Source: Fluviicola sp. XM-24bin1
GTDB taxonomy: Bacteria > Bacteroidota > Bacteroidia > Flavobacteriales_D > Crocinitomicaceae
DNA length: 64,000 nt
Assembly: GCA_003149635.1 (NCBI GenBank)
Contig: QCWI01000015.1
Coordinates: 13,635-77,634, forward strand
Reading direction: 5' to 3'
Part shown: in pieces, positions 28,401 to 36,244 of the stretch
Layout of the letters: each line of letters begins with the position of its first letter
Position numbering within the stretch: the first letter of the stretch is position 1
Translations under genes and position numbers: made by a program
The notes under the pieces: model-generated
What the model was told of the DNA's origin: nothing
Databases searched by the model: none
What the model saw: only the letters and a program-made list of their open reading frames with translations

Positions 28401-31400
28401 TTGGTTCCTGTTGCTGTCAATGTTGATGATCCACAGTTATCAACTACTGTCACAGTCGGCGCTGCTGGCACTGCCAGAGGAGCCGCTGTTCCTGAACCCG
28501 GAGCACTTGTACATCCTCCTACTGTTTGAGTAACCGTGTAAGACCCTGCAGCCGTTACCGTGATGGAAGCTGTCGTTTCACCTGTAGACCATAATAGGTT
28601 GATTCCAGTTGCCGTCAATGTTGACGATCCACAGTTATCAACCACCGTTACGGTTGGTGCCGCAGGTATTGCTAATGGAGCTGCTGTTCCTGAACCGGCA
28701 GGACTTGTACATCCACCTACTGTTTGAGTAACTGTGGAAGCCCCTGCAGTTGTTACCGTGATGGAAGCCGTTGTTTCCCCAGTTGACCAAAGCAAGTTCG
28801 TTCCTGTTGCTGTCAATGTTGATGATCCACAATTATCCACTACTGTTACTGTTGGTGCTGCCGGTACCGCCAATGGCGCCGCCGTTCCTGATCCCGCTGG
28901 ACTCGTACATCCACCCACTGTTTGAGTAACGGTGTATGCTCCTGCAGTAGTTACCGTAATTGAAGCTGTTGTTTCTCCAGTTGACCATAAAAGGTTTGTT
29001 CCTGTTGCCGTCAAGGTTGACGATCCACAGTTATCAACTACTGTTACTGTTGGTGCCGCTGGCACTGCCAATGGAACAGCTGTTCCAGAACCTGCTGGGC
29101 TTGTACATCCCGCTACCGTTTGAGTAACTGTGTATGCTCCTGCAGTAGTTACCGTAATAGAAGCTGTTGTTTCACCAGTCGACCATAAAAGGTTCGTTCC
29201 TGTTGCTGTCAATGTTGATGATCCACAATTATCAACTACCGTCACTGTTGGCGCCGCCGGAATGGCTCCTGCCGTAATTGAAACAGTACCACAAGATCCT
29301 GGAGTTACACATCCGCCTTCTCCACGAACGAAGTAGTCGTTTGCTCCCGCCGATACTGTCACATCAAATGTTCCAGTGGTTGTTGTTCCTAAAAGCGTTC
29401 CACCACAAGAACCAGAATAGATGGCCCATTGCGTTGCATCATTTAAGTTACCTGCAATATTCAATGTTACTAAGTCACCATCACAATGAGGTCCAGCCGC
29501 TGCAGTTACCGTCGGCACATCTGGATCGTTACAACCTGCAACACCCGTAAGGTTTACGTTATCTATGTACAAGTACTGTCCATAACCGGAAATACCTACA
29601 AACGCAATTTGTACGTTTGATTGTCCTGCATATGCAGATAAATCTATCGTTTCGTTCACCCAGGTCGCTGGTGCTGTGTATCCTCCGGTTTGATCTGGGT
29701 CAGTTGCTAATACTGTACTCGCCTGATCAAATTCAACCGCCCATGAAGCGCCACAATCCGACGATACTAGTACCTGCAATCTATCATTATACGTTCCGTT
29801 GTAGCGCGCGTACGCCTTGTCGAAAGTCATTTGAGCAGAAATGAATCCAGTCATATCTGCTGGCAATACGAATAATGAATCCTGATCTCCTGCTGTATTG
29901 GTGGAGAAGAAATCAATTCGCGCACTGTTTCCTGCAGTTGGTGCTGTACCATTGTTATTCGGATCTTGCGTCCAAGTTATAGCTTGGTTTCCACCATTAC
30001 CGATACCCCAACCCGCTGGTGCAAATGTTCCACTATCAAAACCTTCAGCAAATGGAATCGGTGTCCCTGTTCCTGATGCTACAACAACCGCGTTCGTTTG
30101 TGTATCCGTATCCGAACCATAAGGGCTCGTTACAGTTAAGGAAGCATTGTATGATCCTGCAGTCGCATATGTTACGATATGAGGCCCTACTCCAGTTGCT
30201 GTGTTCGGTGTACCCCCAGGGAATGTCCATGCATATGTCACAGCTCCAACCGAAGTACTTGTATATGTTACTGTTTGACCTTCACAGATTCCTGATGGAG
30301 AAACCGTAAAACCTGCAGTTGGAGGAGACACATCTCCCGTTCCTGATAGCAAGAAGTCATAGATCCCTTCGTCACAGTCGTTAGTTCCGAATGAAACAGT
30401 TCCCGCGAATGGACCTGCACCACTAGCTGTAAAGTCAATTGAGAAAGTCGTTGTGCCTCCCGCTGGAACCGTAGTTGTTCCAAAAGTAGAGTTCAAAACA
30501 AACTCAGGCCCTCCAGTTACTGTGATTGGCCCTGTCAAAATCAAATCAGATGTACCTGTGTTGGTAATTGTAAACGTTGCCGTTACTGGTGCTCCAACCG
30601 GCCCTGCTCCAAAATCGTAGATTCCTCCGTCTAATACATCAACACCCGCTACGGTCACCTCAATTTCTCCTGGCGTCGTAGCAGTATAATTCAAATTATC
30701 TACAAATAAGTTACCTCCATTTCCAGCGTTAGTTGCACGGAATCGGAACTGAACCGATTGAGATACCCCTGATACATACGGCATCAAATCAAGGTTGACA
30801 TTTTGCCATTCGCTGGCATCAGTAGGAATCCAATAGGCCCCACCTGAAGTACCGTTTGGTCCGTCCAAAGTTCCACCCGATTGATCAAACAACAAAGTTC
30901 CCCACGTTGCTCCACAATCGGTTGACATTTCAACTCTTAATCGATCATTCGAAGCGTTAACGCGTCTTCTGTATGCTTTGTCGAAAGTAAGGTTAGCAGC
31001 TGAAGCGTTACAAGGAAGAATATAGAATGGCGTGTACAAGAATTCGTCTTGGTTCGTACCATTGTTCGTATTCGTCATCATTGCTGCTACGTTGTTGACA
31101 ACTCCAGTGCTTGAAACACAAGCTTGTCCTACCCACTCGTAACAGTCACCGTTAGGATTGTCTACATCCCAACGAACATCAGGTGGGAAAATCCCTGTTT
31201 CGAAGTCCTGCGTGTAATTCGGCTGGTATCCATTTGAAACGGCGAACATAATTGATGTCGTATCGTATGTTGGATCTGGATCAATTACCCCGTTAGGTAA
31301 TTCTGAGTAAGCTCTAAACTCATGAACCCCAAGAGGAGCCGTGAAAGGAGGAAGAACTACATTGTTTTCTCCTCCCGGAGCAATGTTTCCTGTCCAGCTA

Positions 31401-32659
31401 AATGTACCCGCAGGAACCCCGTTAAGCGTATAGTTGATTTCTGCCGATGTAAGGTTACTGGCACCGCGGTTTCTCAAGATAACAGTCGGAGTAATTGATC
31501 CAGCACAGTTATCGCCGTCTGGATCGATAATACCCGTAATAGAGGCATCGCTCACCGCTGGCGGGATACAAGCATCTGATGTAATCAATGAAGCTCGTAT
31601 TGGACTATTTTCCAAAACGATCCTCATTCTCATTTTCTGGTCGTTCGTAAAAATGTTCATACACAAGTCGTTCGTGTAATCCATATAGTTTTCAATCATA
31701 TCGACTGATCCACACGAAACGTGCCCAGTTGGACATCCACCGTTAGAAGCATCAGATTCTGGTGTATCCAAACAGAAGTCATCAACACCACATCCGCCGT
31801 CACCCCAAATGTGACGTAGCCCTAGCCAGTGGCCTACCTCATGCGTTGCGGTACGACCTTCATTAAAAGGCCCAGGAAATCCTGTTACTGCTGCTTTACC
31901 AATTGTTTGGTAATCCATAACGACACCGTCGGTAGTGACGTTTTGAGCGTTACACCCCATTCCACCGAGCACGGTAGTTGGGAATTGTGCATACCCTAAG
32001 AGTCCACCTTGGAGGTCAATAGACCAGAAGTTCATATAAACGGCAGGATCCCATCCTCCAAATTGCGTTGCTGTGAAGAAAGGTTTAATAGTACCATTGA
32101 TGAAAGCTGTCCCAAACGTTGGGCCTCCCCATCCTTGCGCACCAGCATCTACACGGTTAATACCGTCTTCTCCAGCTGGAAAGGCTGACCCATCAGGTCT
32201 TCTTCTTGCCAAACAGAACTCAATTTCTGTATCCGCTCCATCTGGATGCGTATTGTATCCGTTCGTTCCAAAGATTCTTCGGAAATCCTCGTTTAGTACG
32301 TCAATTTGTGATTGAATTGCCGCCACAGACAAGTTTCGTCCTGTACCGATTGGCTCTCCGTCATGCACCACATGAACAACAATTGGAATCTGATAGACTC
32401 CATTGATAATCAATCCTTGTTGTTGGAACTTTTTCTTTTCTGCGACCAGTTTTTCAATCCACTGTTCGAATTCTTCATTAGTCTGAAGATCTGGATTCTC
32501 AGCATGACGAATAGAATCCATCTTCGTAAAGGAACAACGTTCGTGTCCTGGATGATTTGGATGGGTGTCATGAATTTGAGAAAATGCACTAAAACTGTTT
32601 AGCAAAGATGCTACGAGCACGACAAAGCCCATAGTCACCTTGGGGAGTAATAGTTTCAT
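25460..32659 (-). CDS. Giant (2399 aa) multidomain T9SS cargo: M43 metalloprotease, two MAM/choice-of-anchor-J-like domains, PKD domain, 12 Ig-like repeats, SprB-like inserts, CTD
   Basis: Signal peptide, HEVGHWLGLRHIWGD (31811-31843) and a PKD-like segment (AGFTVSPSGICEGQTVTYTSTS..YAWTFPGG). Twelve 66-aa repeats follow, then the CTD (IHPNPTNGVITFV...GVYQFQINAGSSAHWERVVKH). Confidence 0.9.
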   Translation of the reverse strand: MKLLLPKVTMGFVVLVASLLNSFSAFSQIHDTHPNHPGHERCSFTKMDSIRHAENPDLQTNEEFEQWIEKLVAEKKKFQQQGLIINGVYQIPIVVHVVHDGEPIGTGRNLSVAAIQSQIDVLNEDFRRIFGTNGYNTHPDGADTEIEFCLARRRPDGSAFPAGEDGINRVDAGAQGWGGPTFGTAFINGTIKPFFTATQFGGWDPAVYMNFWSIDLQGGLLGYAQFPTTVLGGMGCNAQNVTTDGVVMDYQTIGKAAVTGFPGPFNEGRTATHEVGHWLGLRHIWGDGGCGVDDFCLDTPESDASNGGCPTGHVSCGSVDMIENYMDYTNDLCMNIFTNDQKMRMRIVLENSPIRASLITSDACIPPAVSDASITGIIDPDGDNCAGSITPTVILRNRGASNLTSAEINYTLNGVPAGTFSWTGNIAPGGENNVVLPPFTAPLGVHEFRAYSELPNGVIDPDPTYDTTSIMFAVSNGYQPNYTQDFETGIFPPDVRWDVDNPNGDCYEWVGQACVSSTGVVNNVAAMMTNTNNGTNQDEFLYTPFYILPCNASAANLTFDKAYRRRVNASNDRLRVEMSTDCGATWGTLLFDQSGGTLDGPNGTSGGAYWIPTDASEWQNVNLDLMPYVSGVSQSVQFRFRATNAGNGGNLFVDNLNYTATTPGEIEVTVAGVDVLDGGIYDFGAGPVGAPVTATFTITNTGTSDLILTGPITVTGGPEFVLNSTFGTTTVPAGGTTTFSIDFTASGAGPFAGTVSFGTNDCDEGIYDFLLSGTGDVSPPTAGFTVSPSGICEGQTVTYTSTSVGAVTYAWTFPGGTPNTATGVGPHIVTYATAGSYNASLTVTSPYGSDTDTQTNAVVVASGTGTPIPFAEGFDSGTFAPAGWGIGNGGNQAITWTQDPNNNGTAPTAGNSARIDFFSTNTAGDQDSLFVLPADMTGFISAQMTFDKAYARYNGTYNDRLQVLVSSDCGASWAVEFDQASTVLATDPDQTGGYTAPATWVNETIDLSAYAGQSNVQIAFVGISGYGQYLYIDNVNLTGVAGCNDPDVPTVTAAAGPHCDGDLVTLNIAGNLNDATQWAIYSGSCGGTLLGTTTTGTFDVTVSAGANDYFVRGEGGCVTPGSCGTVSITAGAIPAAPTVTVVDNCGSSTLTATGTNLLWSTGETTASITVTTAGAYTVTQTVAGCTSPAGSGTAVPLAVPAAPTVTVVDNCGSSTLTATGTNLLWSTGETTASITVTTAGAYTVTQTVGGCTSPAGSGTAAPLAVPAAPTVTVVDNCGSSTLTATGTNLLWSTGETTASITVTTAGASTVTQTVGGCTSPAGSGTAAPLAIPAAPTVTVVDNCGSSTLTATGINLLWSTGETTASITVTAAGSYTVTQTVGGCTSAPGSGTAAPLAVPAAPTVTVVDNCGSSTLTATGTNLLWSTGETTASITVTTAGAYTVTQTVGGCISPAGSGTANPLSNPTITAGTLTDPSSCGNNDGSIVVNGTGIGTVTWTGASSGNSGVVTLPYTISGLTAGAYTITFDNGCPSNTLNESLSDPVAPAPPTVTVVDNCGSSTLTATGTNLLWSTGETTASITVTTAGSYTVTQTVGGCTSAPGTGTANPLAIPATPVVTVVNNCGSSTLTTSGTNLSWSTGETTASITVTTPGLYTVTQTVGGCTSIAGSGTAAPLVAPTITTGTLTNPSSCGNNNGSIVVNGTGTGTVTWTGTSSGNSGVVTLPYTISGLTAGSYAITFDDGCTSNTLNETLSDPAAPATPVVTVVDNCGSSTLTTSGTNLLWSTGETTASITVTTGGVYTVTQTVGGCTSITGSGTANPLPIPATPVVTVVDNCGSSTLTTSGSNLSWSTGETTASITVTTGGLYTVTQTVGGCTSVAGSGTANPTPIPATPVVTVVDNCGSSTLTTSGTNLLWSTGETTASITVTTGGLYTVTQTVGGCTSIAGSGTANPTAIPSAPTVTVVDNCGSSTLAATGSNLLWSTGETTASITVTSAGAYTVTQTVGGCTSSAGSGTANPLATPSAPVITVVDNCGSSTLTATGTNLLWSTGETTASITVTTTGAYTVTQTLGGCTSVPGTATANPLTSPAPVTVNETACGSYTWSTNGTTYTTGGTFTETIAASNGCDSVVTLNLTILQPTTGSETASGCDFYTWPTSGLTYTSSGTYTTTLTGSNGCDSIVTLNLTINTPTTGTETATVCDQYVWSADGNTYTSSGTYTAILTNAAGCDSIVTLDLTVQGLPSVVLALTIQEFCDSDADVTLAGGTPAGGTYAGTGVTGGVFSPSTAGIGSHTITYSYTDANGCSATDTDVITVQDCANIDEIEEVIVSIHPNPTNGVITFVSNGAMLEEVRIFDNAGKLIDVLRLDGATHDVDISDYARGVYQFQINAGSSAHWERVVKH
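25949..26404 (-). repeat. Coding tandem array: 3 copies of a ~49-aa Cys-bracketed unit
   Basis: C(G/D).YTW...G.TYT.(S/G)GT(Y/F)T..L....GCDS.VTL.LT occurs three times in succession. Confidence 0.75.
26405..29260 (-). repeat. Coding tandem array: 12 copies of a 198-bp (66-aa) unit, interrupted by two 240-bp inserts (28031-28270 and 27395-27634)
   Basis: Unit consensus is PAAPTVTVVDNCGSSTLTATGTNLLWSTGETTASITVTTAGAYTVTQTVGGCTSPAGSGTA.PLA.. Unit boundaries were derived codon by codon: 29260, 29062, 28864, 28666, 28468, 28270 / 28030, 27832, 27634 / 27394, 27196, 26998, 26800, 26602, 26404. Confidence 0.9.
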
Positions 32660-33150
32660 AATTTAGATAGTTTAGCCTTCGTAAGATAGCGAAAATTAAT
32701 TTCGTCTCTTAATCCTTAACGTTGGTTGACAGATGAAAGTTGAGATGATTTGCCAAATCCAAACAGAAAGAGAAGTCCTTGTTTCTCGCGAATCCTAAAT
32801 AAAGTTTAATGTAAGTAAGTATAGTTGTAGGAGGTTATTTGTGCTACATTAATCCTTGATAGGAATATTTTGAATTACGTTTTGATGAAAGTAGGATTTC
32901 GCTGCATACGAGCGGCCTACACCACTGGAGAGAAGTGTTCTAGTTTTCATTTTTGAGACTTTAAATTGAGCGTTATGCTAGTCAAATAACACTCAGATTA
33001 GCTTTTGGTTTCCCCCAATTTAGGAGTTTTATTCCAAATAAGTATCAAAAATGGTAAGCAATTTTCATCCACAAACCAACGTTGATTTGTGAATATTCTG
33101 TCACTTTCTTCGACAAATTAACAAATTGTCTAGCTGAACTTGTAAAATTC

Positions 33151-34113
33151 TTAGCTGAACAGGGAGTCAACGAACTCTGCGCGATGGAATGTTTGTAAAT
33201 CTTCCATTTGCTCACCTACTCCGATGTATTTTACTGGGATTTTCATTTGATCTGAAATCCCAATTACAACTCCACCTTTCGCCGTTCCATCTAATTTCGT
33301 GATAGCAAGGCAGGTAATATCAGTCGCAGCTGAGAATTGACGCGCCTGCTCGTAAGCATTTTGTCCTGTTGAACCATCTAACACCAACATGACTTCATGC
33401 GGAGCGCCTGGAACGACTTTATCCATAACACGTTTGATTTTACTCAACTCGTTCATCAGGTTCACTTTGTTATGCAAACGTCCGGCTGTATCGATAATTA
33501 CGACATCAGCGTCTTGTGCTTTCGCCGATTCTAAGGTGTCAAATGCTACGGAAGCGGGATCTGCTCCCATTCCTTGTTGTACTATAGGTACTCCTACTCG
33601 CTCCGACCAGATGATCAATTGATCCACGGCCGCAGCTCGGAAGGTATCCGAAGCTCCTAAAACAACTTTCTTGCCTGCTTGTTTGTATTGGTGCGCCAAC
33701 TTACCAATGGTAGTCGTCTTTCCAACACCATTCACTCCAACAACCATAATAACGTGTGGCCCGCCTTCATGCTTGGGGATTTCGTAATTGACCTCGTCGC
33801 CACTATTGTTTTCCTCTAGAAGATTTGTGATCTCTTCTTTAAGAATCGTGTTGAGCTCTTCTACGTTGAGCACTTTATCTCGTGCAACACGCTCTTCAAT
33901 CTTTTCAATGATCTTCAAAGTTGTTTCCACTCCCACGTCAGAAGTGATAAGAACTTCTTCCAGATTGTCTAAAACCTCGTCGTCTACACGAGATTTACCA
34001 ACAACTGTTCGAGCAAGCTTGGAAAAGAAACTTTGTTTTGTTTTTTCTAGACCTTTGTCTAGGCTCTCTTTCTTTTCCTTTGAGAAAAAATTAAATAGTG
34101 CCATGGCATTCAA
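33151..34113 (-). CDS. ftsY: Signal recognition particle-docking protein FtsY
   Basis: NG domain motifs GVNGVGKTTTIGKLA, DTAGR and TKLDGTAKGG. The acidic and basic N-terminal region is short. Confidence 0.95.
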   Translation of the reverse strand: MNAMALFNFFSKEKKESLDKGLEKTKQSFFSKLARTVVGKSRVDDEVLDNLEEVLITSDVGVETTLKIIEKIEERVARDKVLNVEELNTILKEEITNLLEENNSGDEVNYEIPKHEGGPHVIMVVGVNGVGKTTTIGKLAHQYKQAGKKVVLGASDTFRAAAVDQLIIWSERVGVPIVQQGMGADPASVAFDTLESAKAQDADVVIIDTAGRLHNKVNLMNELSKIKRVMDKVVPGAPHEVMLVLDGSTGQNAYEQARQFSAATDITCLAITKLDGTAKGGVVIGISDQMKIPVKYIGVGEQMEDLQTFHRAEFVDSLFS

Positions 34114-34125
34114 TTTCTAAATAAC

Positions 34126-34156
34126 AAGAAAAGCTCCCACCAACGGTAGAAGCTTT
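34126..34156 (-). terminator. Rho-independent terminator after rpmB-rpmG-DUF4295
   Basis: Minus strand reads aagcttctacc gtt ggtgggagctt (11-bp stem with two G-U pairs) followed by TTTT. Confidence 0.55.
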
Positions 34157-34179
34157 AATATTTTATACAAGAGTATTCA

Positions 34180-34335
34180 TTAGTTCTTATCGAACCACTC
34201 TTTTACTTTGTCGTTGTGTACAACTTCTTCTTTGAAAGTGTATGATCCCGTCTTATCAGACTTGACCATTTTGATAACTTTCGTATGCTCTTTCCCTCCT
34301 CCTTTCTGTAGGGATGCTACTACTTTCTTTGCCAT
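34180..34335 (-). CDS. DUF4295 family small protein (51 aa), absent from the supplied ORF track
   Basis: Hand translation gives MAKKVVASLQKGGGKEHTKVIKMVKSDKTGSYTFKEEVVHNDKVKEWFDKN. The position directly after rpmG is the conserved Bacteroidota arrangement. Confidence 0.7.
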   Translation of the reverse strand: MAKKVVASLQKGGGKEHTKVIKMVKSDKTGSYTFKEEVVHNDKVKEWFDKN

Positions 34336-34341
34336 GTCTTA

Positions 34342-34524
34342 TTACTTAATTTCTTTATGAACCGTATAACGCTTCAAAATTGGATTAAACTTCTTGATCT
34401 CCAAACGGTCTGGAGTATTCTTACGATTCTTAGTCGTAATGTAACGAGATGTTCCGGGCATTCCTGAGTCTTTGTGCTCAGTACACTCCAAAATCACTTG
34501 AATTCTATTTCCTTTCTTCGCCAT
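34342..34524 (-). CDS. rpmG: 50S ribosomal protein L33
   Basis: [18 protein letters not shown]....[24 protein letters not shown] is diagnostic of L33. Confidence 0.95.
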   Translation of the reverse strand: MAKKGNRIQVILECTEHKDSGMPGTSRYITTKNRKNTPDRLEIKKFNPILKRYTVHKEIK

Positions 34525-34578
34525 TTTCTTTCTTTTTGGTCACTACGGCTGCATCACTGCAGGCTGACGTAGGAAATG

Positions 34579-34815
34579 TTACTTAATATATCCTTTAGCA
34601 CGCGCCTCTTTAACACATGCAGAAATACCTTTCTTATTGATTGTTCTCAACGCAGACGTTGAAATCTTCAATGTGATGTACTGATCTTCTTCAGGAATAT
34701 AAAATTTCTTCGTGATCAGGTTTGGGCGAAACGTACGCTTCGTCTTACGATTTGAGTGAGACACGTTGTTCCCTACCATTACCGATTTTCCTGTGATTTG
34801 ACAAACTCTTGACAT
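34579..34815 (-). CDS. rpmB: 50S ribosomal protein L28
   Basis: [10 protein letters not shown]....[17 protein letters not shown] is diagnostic of L28. Confidence 0.95.
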   Translation of the reverse strand: MSRVCQITGKSVMVGNNVSHSNRKTKRTFRPNLITKKFYIPEEDQYITLKISTSALRTINKKGISACVKEARAKGYIK

Positions 34816-34910
34816 CTCTTATTATTTAATACTTATACTAAAAAGCGGGTGCAAAGAAACCAATAAATTCGGAAAGTCACAAGGAATTACAAACTTTTTT
34901 CAATGGTTTT

Positions 34911-34987
34911 GAAGAAAAAGAGAAAAGAAGAAAGAAGAAAGATGGAAAGACAAAAGAACAAAGACGGAAAGATGAAAGATGAAAGAC
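34911..34987. repeat. Purine-rich low-complexity intergenic tract (AAGA/AAAG/GATG units)
   Basis: 77 nt is almost entirely A/G on the + strand. It shares the 13-mer AAAGATGGAAAGA (34938-34950) with a second tract at 41681-41727 (13-mer at 41698-41710). Confidence 0.6.
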
Positions 34988-36244
34988 TTATTTCTGGTTC
35001 AATCCGAGGATTTCGCAACGCAATAGATTAAGCGCTGTAAGTACTGATCGGCGGATGTTTCGTTCACGATTGCTTTCGAAAAGACATTTCTTAGAAAAAA
35101 CGCCATTCGTCCCCGCTACTGCAATCCAAACTGTTCCGACAGGTTTCGAATCCGATCCGCCGGTAGGCCCTGCAATTCCTGACAGAGCGACTCCATACGT
35201 AGCGTTCATCTTCTCACGACCACCGATGGCCATTTGTTCGACCGTTTCTTGGCTTACTGCTCCGATATTTGGATCTTCCAAATTGATAGCATCCACCCCG
35301 ACCAATTTGGTTTTCATCTCATTCGAATAGGTTACGAACGAACCATTGAAATAATCCGAAGCGCCTGAAATGCTTGTGATTTTCGCTGCAACTGCACCAC
35401 CTGTGCAACTTTCTATCGTTGTGACAGTTTCTCCACGTTCCCTTAGCAACGTTCCTACAACCGCTTCCAAGGTGTCTTCCTCGTATCCGAAAGCATGTTT
35501 GGGCATGGTCTCCTCAATTCGACTCATAAAAGCATCAATCGCCGCTCTATTCTCTTGCGTATCCCGGCTGGAAACACGCAATCGCACCATTCCCGGAGAA
35601 GGCAAATAAGCCAGAGCAAAACCTGCTGCTCGAATTTCGTTTTCAAGATCCTTGATGCGCTCTGCAATGTACGTCTCTCCTATTCCTTGCGTTTGAAGGG
35701 TTCGGTAGTGCAACTTATCCAATTCGAAGCGTTCCTGAAGCATAGGAATGACGTGCTCGGTCATGATGTACTTCATTTCATAAGGAACACCTGGCATACT
35801 TACTAGCACTCTTCCATTATGATCGAACCACATTCCTGGCGCTGTACCGTATTCGTTATGAAGAATAGTCGCTTTATCTGGAACATGTGCTTGCATGACA
35901 TTGACATCCAACATTTCGCGTCCGCGGGCTTCAAAAAATGCTCTGACATGCGCTAATACATCACCGTTTTCTATGAGTTCTGAATCGAAATATTGACAAA
36001 GGATGCGTTTTGTAATATCGTCTTTTGTAGGCCCTAACCCTCCGGTAATCAAAACGACATCCGCGCGATTTAAAGCGCGATCAATGGAATCCAACATCAC
36101 TACTTCTTCATCTCGGATTACCGTTCCGTACTCCATGTCCGCACCGATTTCTCGCAAAGCACTTCCCATCCATGAAGCATTGGTATTCACCGTTTGCCCA
36201 AGAAGTAATTCATCACCAATGGAAATCACTTCAACTTTCATCAC
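34988..36244 (-). CDS. cinA: CinA family competence/damage-inducible protein (MoCF-binding plus NMN deamidase domains)
   Basis: N-terminus VEVISIGDELLLGQTVNTNASW, then GGLGPT.DD.T, and a C-terminal CinA/PncC domain (ESCTGG..A). Confidence 0.9.
   Translation of the reverse strand: MMKVEVISIGDELLLGQTVNTNASWMGSALREIGADMEYGTVIRDEEVVMLDSIDRALNRADVVLITGGLGPTKDDITKRILCQYFDSELIENGDVLAHVRAFFEARGREMLDVNVMQAHVPDKATILHNEYGTAPGMWFDHNGRVLVSMPGVPYEMKYIMTEHVIPMLQERFELDKLHYRTLQTQGIGETYIAERIKDLENEIRAAGFALAYLPSPGMVRLRVSSRDTQENRAAIDAFMSRIEETMPKHAFGYEEDTLEAVVGTLLRERGETVTTIESCTGGAVAAKITSISGASDYFNGSFVTYSNEMKTKLVGVDAINLEDPNIGAVSQETVEQMAIGGREKMNATYGVALSGIAGPTGGSDSKPVGTVWIAVAGTNGVFSKKCLFESNRERNIRRSVLTALNLLRCEILGLNQK

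Noticed and set aside
26405-29260. The regularly spaced 198-bp repeats could be a CRISPR-like or satellite array.
   Set aside because: There are no unique spacers between repeats. The units are contiguous, in frame, and translate to a conserved 66-aa domain inside a continuous 7.2-kb ORF. No cas genes are present.
26883-29336. Several long + strand ORFs antisense to the giant gene (for example 27288-27905 at 205 aa, and 28734, 28932, 29130 at 198-nt spacing).
   Set aside because: They mirror the 198-bp coding repeats. The Thr/Val/Gly-rich codons (ACN/GTN/GGN) leave the antisense frame free of stops. They have no independent start context, motifs or terminators. The minus-strand frame carries clear protease, PKD and CTD motifs.
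33788-34120. A 110-aa + strand ORF antisense to the 5' part of ftsY.
   Set aside because: The translation is Ser/Thr/Leu-rich low complexity opposite the charged N-terminal region of FtsY. Nothing supports it independently.
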